Source: Camelus dromedarius (Eukaryota). From it: a DNA stretch of 64,000 nt. The notes under the pieces were generated by a model. It ran no database searches. It saw only the letters and a list, made by a program, of their open reading frames with translations, and was not told the DNA's origin. Below are positions 35,286 through 45,921 of this stretch, piece after piece; position 1 is the first letter of the stretch, and each line of letters starts with the position of its first letter. The position numbers and the translations under genes were made by a program. Location: the NCBI RefSeq assembly GCF_036321535.1, contig NC_087447.1:39868001-39932000 (forward strand), written 5' to 3'.

Positions 35286-38069
35286 ATAATACCACACTGG
35301 TGTTACAAATCTTAAATTGATAGTCATTTAGGAAAATAGTTTGTCCTTATCTAATATATTTATCTTCACACTAGCAGTTTCTGTTGCTCTGCCTCCTTGC
35401 TTACAGTTGATATTATCAGAGCCAAAAAATTTTCCCACTGGTTTGTCCACTGACCGAATCTTTCTGCAAGTAGTATTGATCACCTAGAATGAAGCTACAT
35501 TCACCTGCCTAGATTTTCAGCATTGTTTGAAGTAGCCTGGTTCCAGCTATTTGACTCCTATTGTAGACATTCCATCAGCCTGCTGGCTGTCCTACATGCA
35601 GACTTCATGCCTGCCTGGTACTAGGTTTCGAGTCCCCACTTGCCTGTTATGCTGGGGTCATAATCATATTCAGTGATGAGTCTACCTGAATGATAACAGG
35701 GTAGGTGTGTGCATTTAAGACATGTGGTGTGATGTCCTAAATAAAAAGCCACCAGCTTCATGTGAGTATTTCAACTGCTCCATTGACCATGAACGTGATG
35801 CTAATACTTGGCTTACACTAGCTGGGGTACTAAAAGGTTATGAAGCCTGGGAGGCAAAAGTTATCTGAGATGGAAACCCAAAGTTTCCAGGGGTTAAAAT
35901 CAGAGCTTTGAGTGTCTAACAGCATGGTGGCGGATGCATAAAAAATTTGCTATGAAAAATGCTTCCACCACAGCCAATTTGATTTTGAAACATCCTCAAA
36001 GGATTACCTAAATTGGCATCTTTTGTAAAGTCTGCAGCATTTACTATTGAATCTCAGTTTCCAGGTAGAAGCAGAGAAACGAGAGGGAATGCTGGAATAT
36101 ACCTCTCACAGAGTACAGTCACACAAAATACCATTTCAGTTCTCCTTTACGCCCTGGAAATTTTCAGCATGGGCATGGTGCCCAGTATAATAGCCAAAAA
36201 AAAAAAAAAAAAAAAAAAGACAGATGTGTTTTTCCATTCACATTGGTTAGGAAATTTCATATTAAGCAGTTCAATAATTGCACAAGAAATGCCATCTATA
36301 TGCTGAAATATCCCTACAGGCTAATTGATATTGGGAAACTGTCTTAAGGGAAATCAGTGCTTGAAAACTGAAGTATTAGAAGACGTACTCCCAATCTGTA
36401 ACCAGGAAGTTTCACATTAAGCAGTTCAAGAGAATGGAAGCAGAAACGCTGGCGGGAACTCTCCTGCTGTGTCTCCCCTACCCAGAAGCAGGGCGTTGAT
36501 CTGCTGGCCATGGGACACTCAGAGTCCATTCCTAGAGGCATTAGGATGGCTAGAGTGGCCTTGCAGAGGCAGAGCCCTGAGAGGGACACTAGCTTTACTA
36601 GAGGTCCTCCTCTGGCAATGACCAGGTGCTTAGAACAAGATGATGATAAATAAGAATAAGGGATTGGCTTTTGTTGTCTAGAGCTGATAGTTACCGGAGT
36701 CTGGAAAGTCATGAGACAGGGACTGAGCCCTCTTCTCTGGTTTTCCTGCTTTCTCCTCCAGCTTTGTAAAGTAAAGGCATTCCTACAAGATATGTCCCTC
36801 ACCCTCCTCTACATGCTTTCCTGTTGTCCCATGCTCTCTTGGTGTATAAGCGGAAGGCTTCTAGTCATATAACCACAGCCTTGATCTGCTTGAACTCCAA
36901 TTCTGCTTGTCAGTGCCTAGGTGTCAACCTCAAGGTTTTCAAAGCTGGCATCCTTATGCCCCCTCCCAAGCTTGTTTTTCCTTCTGGGTTCCCTAGTGCT
37001 GTCGCTGGTGCCCCACATCTAAATATCTGTTCTTCACACTGCCTTCAAATGATCTCCCTGGAATAGAGTTACAATCACATCACTCACCTGCTCATGGACC
37101 TTCCATGACTCCCACTGCCTACAGAATTGGGTCCAAACTTGCTGCCTTGGTCTCAAGTCCCTCCATGACTTGTTTCATCATCGTCAACTATTATTCAATT
37201 CATACTCTTAATATTCCCACCAAATGGGTAACTGCTTACGCTCATTATTAGGTATCAGGTGCTGTGCATCAGATATCATCTCATTTAATCAGAGCATGTG
37301 TATGTCCCTAGGAGTCCCATTTTTATAGACATGAAACATAGGGTCAGAGAGGGTAACTAAGTTGCCCAAGGCTGGGGTAGGGACTGGACCCAGGGCTTAG
37401 CCACATGCTTTGCTGTTTCACAAACTGAGCCCTCATTCCCCAGGCAGGACTTTTGCTCACATCGCCAGCCTGTCTAGGATGCTGGTCCTTTCAGTTTGGT
37501 CCAGCTGTCACCATCTCCTCCTACACCCACAAAAGCCTGGGAGGGCTACTGGAACATTTTGCTCCTTTTGTATTTTTTTCAGTCTTCACATTTACAACAC
37601 AAACTTGACAAATCAAGCCTCGTCCTTGGGCAGAGTTGGAGCAGGCAAAGGACAGGAAAGGCAGTTATGCTCAGAGCAGAGCTGCCTGCGAGGGCCCCTG
37701 CCTCTTCCCCCTCCCTTACCGGGAGGCAGCTCCTGGGCAGGCCAGCACCCTGTCCAGGGACAGAAGAACCTGGAGATCGGGCACAGGGCAGTTCCTGCAG
37801 CAGCACCTCTGCTCTGCGCACCATCTGCACTGGCCATTATCCCTGCGATCCCATGTGTGAGTTCAGATTCTGTTTTTCCCCCACAGCTGTGTGACCTGCA
37901 GCTCACAGGACTGAGCAGCTGAGCCCTGTCCCATCTTCCCCTGTAAATGGCAAAGAAAACTTCGAAAAAGACAGTCCTCCCTCTGGTATCAAACATGAGC
38001 CCTGCCCTGTGCCCTGAAAACTCGTGCACAGGGGCCATCTTGTCACCCACCCAGAGAAGAGCAAAGTAC

Positions 38070-38142
38070 CTTCTGGCCGTGGTTTTGGCTTTTCCAATCC
38101 TCCATCTTGCATGAGCTCAAAGGCAAAGGAGACGTTCAAGAC
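38070..38142 (-). CDS. PARVA: PARVA exon 12: VLNVSFAFELMQDGGLEKPKPRPE(D)
   Basis: 73 nt; ttccag|GTC ... GAAG|gtactt. Confidence 0.98.
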
Positions 38143-38963
38143 CTGGAAAGAGAAATGCAGTGTGTGAGGTGCTGCACTCATTCCTGGACCCTCGCGGCTC
38201 CCTGAGACCTGCCCAGGAAAGTGAAGGGGCCAGCACCGTAGCCAGAGGCGCAGAGGCTGAGCTCAAACGAGGCCACTACTGGAAGGAGAAATGAAGCTAC
38301 CAAAATGGGCCAGCCACGTGGAATGCCAGCCAGCCCAGCCTGCTGTGGGTGAAGTAACACTCCTGGAGGAGTTCAAAATCCTCTTCCTGTCATACTGTGT
38401 TCCTGTGTCACTGCCAAGACTGTAACCGCAGGGGTCTAAGTGCACACAGTTGAGAGTATCAGATGGCAAGACACGTTCAAGAGGCAGAAAAGGATTTCTG
38501 CTTGAGACCAAATGCCCCTTGTCTAGCGGGCAGCCGGCTGTGGCAGCCGATGAGAGGCATCAGAACTTGGCTACCTTCTGGCCATACTCTCTGAGTATAA
38601 TTGTTCTGATCAAGAGAATAACGTGGGCCTGTGTGAGACAGAGGACACTCACCCACCCTCAGGTCTGACCAGCCTTGCAGCCACCTTCCCTGTCACCTCT
38701 GGGGAGAGAAGAGGCTGAGCTGTGGCCCCCAGCAAGAGCCTATGGCTAGAGGACCAGGGCCAGGCTGAAGGGGAGGGAAAGCTGTTCAGGATGCTTGGTG
38801 ATGCACGGGTATCTGCTTCCCAGCTCAGCTGCTCATCCCAGTGGCCCCCTCCCCCCATCCAACCACAGAAGACCCTAAGCAGACAGGAAGCCACTGCCTT
38901 TTTCCCAGATGGCCCCAGTGGAGGTGTGGGCTAGGGGCCTCCCCTGACGTCACCTCCCCTTAC

Positions 38964-39065
38964 CTTCTGTTCAAAGCTGTCCGGGGTCAGGAAGAAGCTG
39001 TGCAGGGGCACGAAGTAGCCCTCAAGGAGCCCCATGAGCAGCACCAGGTACACTCCATCTGCAAA
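38964..39065 (-). CDS. PARVA: PARVA exon 11: FADGVYLVLLMGLLEGYFVPLHSFFLTPDSFEQK
   Basis: 102 nt; ctccag|TTT ... AAG|gtaagg. Confidence 0.98.
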
Positions 39066-39714
39066 CTGGAGGGGGAGAGCCAGGTGAAGGCACTGGGTCC
39101 CTGAGCCCCTCAGCCCAAGCCCACCAAGGGGGCTTGTCAGCTTCCATGTCAATCCTCCAAAGGCTGTAGCCCCAGGCAGGCTGCTGCTGGGGTGAGGAAC
39201 AGTGGCTCAGGGTAGAAGGGTTGCTCTGTAGCAGGCCTGCCCCTTGTCTGGCTATGTCTGGCTGGTTCAGCACAGAAGCCATAAGCCTAAGGTCCTGATC
39301 TCAGCTGGTCCAGCATTTATTGGGCACCAACTGGGTACCAAGCCCTGATCTGGGACAGGGGCCACAGAGATGAGTCAAGTGTAGCCCCTGCCCTGGAGGA
39401 GCTCACAGTCCAGTGGGGACACTGGTGTGGAAGAAATGCAACAGCTGCTCTGATGGAAGGAAGCATGTGGGCTTGCATGAGACTGACAGAGGCCACTCAC
39501 TCCCGCTAAAGGCAGCAGGGAAGGCTTCCGGAGGAGGCGCTGCCTGGATGGAGAGGTGAGGGATGAGTAGGAGTTCACTAGGGAGGTCAGAGGGATAAGG
39601 GAAAGGGGATGTCCAAGGCCAACGGCACGTGGCCACTAGGGTGACTTCTGCCTTATGAACAGAGAAAGAACTCTAGTGTCGTGCAGGCCTGGGCAGTCTC
39701 TCCTGCCTGGGAGG

Positions 39715-39950
39715 CAGCGCAGTGCAGCTGTTAGGGACGCGCGCTCCGGGGCTGGGCCGCCAGCTCCACTGCCTACTAGCTGCGTGACTTGAGCAAGTCA
39801 TGGAGCTGCTCTGCACCTCATTTTCCTCATCCATAAAGTGAGAAGCATAAGAGTATAGAATCTAATTCAAAGGGCTATCACGAGGACTAAGTAAATGTCA
39901 AGTGCCTAAAACACTGCGTGGCACATAGGGAGCACTTCATAAACATTCAT
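39715..39950 (+). mobile_element. MIR SINE
   Basis: tagctgcgtgacttgagcaagtca...ctctgcacctcattttcctcatccataaagtgag...aagtgcctaaaacactgcgtggcacatagg. Confidence 0.8.
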
Positions 39951-40619
39951 GACTGCTGCTGGTGTCGGGGAGGACAACACAGCTGCCTGGCTCTGCGGAC
40001 AAAGCACAACTGTGTGCCAAGGGCCATGGCAAGAGGCTTAGAGCCTAGTCCCTCACCTCAAGGATAGTAGAGACCATCCATCCATCTGGTCTACAACTCA
40101 GGCGGGTAGGGCCGGAGTATGACTCATCCCAGGCCACCCCAGGGTGGGCGATGGGAAGCAGACACCAGTATCTGTGTCAAAATCAAGGCACTTCCCCAGA
40201 ACTAGTTAACTGGGACCATTCTGACTGTGGCTGGAATGGATTGAGAATGAAATGATACAATTTATCAACTCAGGGGAGGGCCTTGGATTAGGGTCAGGGT
40301 TACTCACAGCTCCGAGTGCCCCTGACCTGGACTACTCCCCATGACCGGGTGGTAAAACTCCCAGACAGTGCTTGGCAGAGACCCCCTTCCTAGCACTTCC
40401 TGCCCAGAAAACTGAAGAGGAGGTGCTCGTTCCAGCCCTCTCCAGAAACCATCACTTCTGCGGAGCATTCCCTATCTCCCAAAGAGTATATGAAGCTGAC
40501 TCCAGAGTCCAGACACACCCAAGGAGAGCTCAGTCAGACCCAGGCAATGCCTGTAAAGAGAACAGGAGGTGCCCATGGGTTCAAAAGAAAACCACACTTT
40601 AGAAGTTCATCAGAAATTA

Positions 40620-41270
40620 AAGGTTAGGAAAGAGGATACATGACACAGTCTCAAAGTATCTCCCAATAAAGATGCATCATTCATTATGAAGAGGGAGAGC
40701 CTTATAGTAGGGGAATGGGGTGGACACCAGTTTAGTCAAACGATCAAAGTTACCAGCACCAGGAATGGGACTGATGGACAGAAGTGCCTGAGAAGAACAC
40801 AGCATTGCCAAGGTGGTAGTGTTCCTAGCGCCCATCATGAGGGAGAAAAAGAGAAAGAACTCTAGTGTCGTACCAAAGGGCCCACGCTCTTCAACAATGC
40901 CCATGTTAGGCAGAGAGGCTGAGGACTTGCTCTCTATTAGAGACTAAAGAGACATGACAACTGAACGCAGCAGGTGAGAATCCGAGGGCAGCTGTGCTGC
41001 TTTGAAGCATGTGACATTGTCAAGAGCAGTCAGATACCAGCAAGCTCACATGGCTCAACCTCAACAGAGTAACATATCGTACTGATGTTAAAACTGCCTG
41101 GGTTTGATTACTGAGTTGTGATTATCTAAGAGAATGTACTTGTTCTTAAGAGGATGTATGATAAAGTATTTAGGGGTAGAGAAAAACCCCAAAGGTGGCC
41201 AAAAGTTAACTGGTGTGGGTGGGGATCCATGATAATATTCTTGCAGCTTTTCAAAGTAAAAAATTGGAAG
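40620..41270 (+). mobile_element. Old L1M (L1MC/L1ME-type) 3' fragment
   Basis: gagactaaagagacatgacaactgaa; gggtttgattactg...gagaatgtacttgttcttaag; cttgcagcttttc. Confidence 0.65.
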
Positions 41271-41440
41271 AAATTCAGAGAAGTGTCATGCCATGCATCC
41301 CTCGGAGTAGAAGAGATTCCTGTACTCCCCGTAAAAGCTCCAGGGTCAGGGTGGAAAGCCCTCCTGGCCGTGTGGGCTGGGGCACTGGCAACGGTGGCTG
41401 GCGAGGGGGGCCGTACCTTGCACCCTGCACTGTCACCCAC

Positions 41441-41509
41441 CTGGGTTTCCAGTTCCGTGACTTCCAGGTTCAGTTTATTCAGGTGCTTGTTCACAAAAGT
41501 GATGAGCGT
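41441..41509 (-). CDS. PARVA: PARVA exon 10: TLITFVNKHLNKLNLEVTELETQ
   Basis: 69 nt; ttctag|ACG ... CAG|gtgggt. Confidence 0.98.
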
Positions 41510-42220
41510 CTAGAAGAAAAGCACAAGCCAGGCAGTGAGATGGGGACTCTGGCCAGTGCCGGACAGAGGGGGCTGCCTCTATGACTCCCCCGTGAGCACA
41601 TGGGACGAGGCCAGCCAAAAGCGCAGGGCCTGGGATCACTGGGCCGGGCTGAGCAAGGCTGAGCAGCCTGTGAGGCCTTTCCTGCAAAGCTCCTCGAGTT
41701 GACAGGAAAGGATGGCCCGTAGGAGGTGCGGTCCATGCATTGTGTGACTCAGCTGGCCATACTCAGGACTGTACAAGGTGCAGGGAGTGCTGAGGGGGCA
41801 GAATGACAGGTGGAATGTCCCAGCCCAGGGGCAGGGGGCCAGAGAAGAAGTGACCCCATTGGTCCTCCTTCCAGTCCCTCCTAGGTCCAGGTGCCTGTGC
41901 CCAGGGAGACAGAGGGAGGTCTACGTGAGGAGTAGGGATGGTTGGGGGTTCAGTGTGGGTGGGAAGGCAGGGGGCTCATAGCCTCAGAACCCCCAAAAGA
42001 CACTGGAGAAGAGACTAAATGAGGTATCCAGTGAGAACAAGACAGGAAAAAATGGACATTCAGCAGGAAAGCCCTGTAGCTGCAAAGATCTGAGGATGAC
42101 ACCAGTTTGGGGAGGCTTGCTAGCTGCAGGGGTGGGTTTTCCTAATGGTTTGCAACAGCTCACTCCCCTCCCTCCCCCACTCCCTCCCTCCCTCCCCCTT
42201 CCCAAGCACCTGTCTCCCAC

Positions 42221-42282
42221 CTTTTTCACCACGTTGAGCTTGTCTGGTGCATGGTCGAACAAGGTGTCAAAGGCATCACGTT
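42221..42282 (-). CDS. PARVA: PARVA exon 9: (E)RDAFDTLFDHAPDKLNVVKK
   Basis: 62 nt; tttcag|AA ... AAG|gtggga. Confidence 0.98.
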
Positions 42283-42444
42283 CTGAAAAAGAGGAAAAGG
42301 TGAAGCAGAGCCTAGAGGTGATGCCACTGCAGGTCCCAGCCATGAGCTTTCACAGGCCAGTGGTCAGCTCCAGAAGGGGATTCTGTGGGGTATGAGATTG
42401 TGCTGGGAGCTTGGGAAACTGGGTTTGGGGTTGATTCTTGGAGG

Positions 42445-42478
42445 GTGTGTGTGTGTGTGTGTGTGTCTCTCTCTCTCT
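42445..42478. repeat. (GT)11(CT)6 compound microsatellite
   Basis: Directly visible. Confidence 0.95.
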
Positions 42479-43592
42479 CCCCTCTGTGTCAGCCCTCTTC
42501 TGGGCTGGGGTTCAGGGGCTCCAGCAAGAATTGATCATTTCTCTTCACTGTTTGTATTCCTTGATATCGTGGTTTAGTCAAGGTTCCAAAGTGTTCCCGA
42601 AGCTTTTTCAAAGCAGAATGTCATCCAGATATCCAATCAATTTACCCCCTAATTTTCAAAACCATGATGCCCAAGACAGGCCTCCTGGTAGAGAGCAGAT
42701 AAGCAGATTGGGAGCCAGGGAGCCCCCGGACGGAAGGGGAGCTCCCCCTCCTGAGTGATCCAGTCACTTCAGCCCTTTCAGCCTCACTTTCCTCTCCTAT
42801 AAAACGCCCACTGAGACATGAACCTCCCCCAGGTGGGTTCTGAGGATGGAAGACAAGAATGGATGTGCTCTGTAAACTCGGAAGTATCTACTGATCTGAG
42901 TTATTTGTGTGATCAGAATATTTCAAAATATTATCCACAGTAAATACAGGATCAGAGTAAACAGCAAAGCCATGCCCCCTGCAGGGATTTTCCCTGCACA
43001 GCTCCCCCGCTCCTCCGATTTGAGAGGTGAACTAGTGGAGGGCCCTGTGGCTGGGAATGAGAAGGCTCCAGGAGGAGCCTGGCGCCGGGAGGGCTTGTGG
43101 TGCTGGGGCTGCCTCTCCTACTCTCACACCGATGGGTAAATCTGAGATGGCCAGAATGGGGGGTGTGATCTGGACATTCACAGACTTTATAAGCAAAGTT
43201 CTGGGAAACAGGAGAGGCAGGAGGTGTGATGAGGAAAGAGGCAGCTTTAGGAGGGCTGGACAGAGTAGGGAGAGGGGACAGTCCTGAGCACATAAATACA
43301 TCTCTTCCTTTACTTCCATGGTCTGCTTAGAGCAAGACTGCCCTGCAGATGCCCAAGACCCATCCAGAAGCCCAGAAATGTCGGTGGTCTGGTTACTTGC
43401 AAGAAAACTGCAGCTGTGGTCACTTCTCTTCCCACCGGTGCACTGACCCTCCCTACCAGCCAGCCCTGTCCCCAGGCTGGTGCAGACACACATGCAGAAA
43501 GCAAGCTGAGTGCCTGTTCTTCCCAGCTGCTACAGGATTAACTGGACCCCATGGCAGCCACCAGCACCAGCGGACAACCTTATGCAACTCAC

Positions 43593-43612
43593 CATGCCTT
43601 CCAGAAAGAGCC
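43593..43612 (-). CDS. PARVA: PARVA exon 8, 20-nt microexon: (E)ALSGRH(E)
   Basis: GGCTCTTTCTGGAAGGCATG between tttctttctccttttcctgtag and gtgagt; needed to keep the frame between exons 7 and 9; not shown in the ORF track. Confidence 0.96.
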
Positions 43613-44074
43613 CTACAGGAAAAGGAGAAAGAAAACAGTGTGAGTCTTCTCTCATCCCCCTTGGTAACAGATCCCCCAAACCTTCCTTCCTTGGCATTTT
43701 ATTCTGCACTAAATCTCCAGCTACTGGTGGTCTTTACCACATTACCACCTGCTATACAGATACACTGGTGTTTGCACAAACCCTGGTGTAAGTGATGCTT
43801 AAAGGACTATTTCTTGCCTTAAGTAAACTCACATGATTGTTTACAGTTGAGAAAGAGTATTGAGGGATCAGAGACTCAAGATCCCCAAGCATATTTTAGG
43901 AGCAGAGCTCAGGTACCACCCCAGTGTGGCATTTCACTGCCCAGGCTGTGGAGGGCATCTGCTTGGGGAGGTCAGGTTAGGCTCTCTCCTGTCCACCCTG
44001 TGGTGCCCACCAAACTGCTCCTGCCATTGGTCCAGAATAGGTTTTCTCAAAGAGGGCAGGAGCTGGAACCACAC

Positions 44075-44335
44075 TCATAGCAGTGAAGCAGCAAAGTACT
44101 GAGAGCACAAGCATTAGGGACAGACCACTTTGGTTTAAATTCCACAGATTAAGATTGCTTACTTGCTTGCTGTGTGACCTCAGGCAATCTACTAAACCTC
44201 TCTGGGCTCCAGGTCTCTTATCTTTAAAATGAGGATAATAATGGTAAATGCCTCAATAGGGCGTTGTGAGCATTAAATGATTTAATATGTAAAGAGATTT
44301 ACGCATAATTCCCAGTATCTACTAAATGCTCAATA
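44075..44335 (+). mobile_element. MIR SINE
   Basis: tgtgtgacctcaggcaatctactaaacctctctg...taaaatgaggataataatgg...gttgtgagcattaaatga...aaatgctcaata. Confidence 0.8.
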
Positions 44336-45862
44336 CACTTTTTCTCAATACGTGTTGGTTCTTATTATGTTGGTTTATTCCAGCTGTACATCTATCACCT
44401 GTTAAGCTATGATTTGCCAGTAGTGTACTGGGAAGAATGCTGAACTTGGAGTTCAAGTTGAGTAGACCAAGGGTGGTCTCCTCCACCTTTGGGCTGTGAG
44501 GTTTCAGGTCTAATCATTGCTTCGTGTGTTTATTATGAACATCAATGGAGTCAAAAGCCACACTGTGGTGTTGTTATTAGGAGTCTGCCTCCGTGTTTCT
44601 GTCTGTGGGGCAGGGTGGCCGGGAGAGGCCACAGAAAGCATTACAGGCAGCAGAGATTGCTCTGCAAACTGTAACTTTGTGTTCCCTGATTTGGGGGTTT
44701 CTCACAGGTCCCACTCCTCTCAGTACATCTTCCTCTTTTCTGGAAGGGGAAACAGCAGGCGCAGACCAGCCCAGCATAGAGAAGGGGAGGTGTGGGGCAG
44801 GACGGAGGGGAACTCTCCTCCCAACAGGCCTGAGCCTGGGCACTTCTCTCCCGAACTCCTCACAGAATCGAGGCCCTTGTATATCAGCTGTCCACCGGCT
44901 GCCAAGACTGGCCTCTGGAGTGACGTGCAGGGGTCTCTGCCGGGCCATCACCTGGGTATCCACACCTCTGCCTGACCCAGAGCCTTTTTAAGGCACATGC
45001 ACAGCGTGGTCCAGACAGGCAGCACCTCGATCCCACCAGCCTCGGCTGGGGAAGGAGCACTTTTCCTAGTGACTGAGTGAGGAAAATGCTCCCACTTCAA
45101 AGGTGAAGAAACCGAGGTCAGAGAGGAGAGGAGACTCACTCTCAAGTAAGCGGCGGAACTTGGATTTGAACTCAAGCCAGGCTGGCTTAGAGGTCCCTTC
45201 GCTTTCCACTTTGCTCTTCTTGTTCAGGGGAATATAGAGGAAAGGTCAGGGAGCAGGAGATGCTAAAAATGAATTTTGCCCCACTTTGCGGGCGGCCAGG
45301 GCTCAGGCCTGCCCAGGGATCTCAGACCCACGCACACCGTCCTGCTCTTTCTGCTTCAGAACAAGACTCCCCTTTCCCATAACAAACCTCTTACACGTTC
45401 TGATATTCCAATTTCTTAATGTAAATGGAAAACAAACAATCCACCACCCCAAGGTAGAGAGGGGCTTTCTAGGTCATGGCATGTGACCACATAAATCAGA
45501 TTCAACAAAGGAAGAAAAACGTCCTTTTGAAGGTTAACAATTTAAATTCAACCCCGTGTTTATGGCATGACGATTTCATGCTGGTTGGCTTTTTTGGGCA
45601 CACTTTTTCCTGGAGTGCCACAAAATTAGAATTTTTCAATCACTGCTAATTCCCTCTCCCCACTTCCCCACCCAAGTTTGTACCTTGAGCATTGAGAAGC
45701 ATGTTTTGAATGCACGGAAAAGGCTAAACTATAATCATTGGCTGAAGTCTAATCCCTTTTGCAATCCCAATAAATGAAAACTAAATATCAGCAAATGGAT
45801 GAATTTTGGAGAAACATCTGTGTTCCATTACAGAATCGCTGGCAACAATGGTGTTGACATAC

Positions 45863-45921
45863 TCTGTGTTACCAGTTATTTCCTCTTGGATTTGCCGAGA
45901 CTGGAGGATTCCTTCTCGTTT
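45863..45921 (-). CDS. PARVA: PARVA exon 7: KREGILQSRQIQEEITGNT(E)
   Basis: 59 nt; ttttcag|AAA ... ACAGA|gtatgt; translated by hand. Confidence 0.97.

Noticed and set aside
35480..35540. ctagattttcagcattgtttg resembling the CR1 LDFxKAFD motif
   Set aside because: Too short and isolated to call without a profile search.
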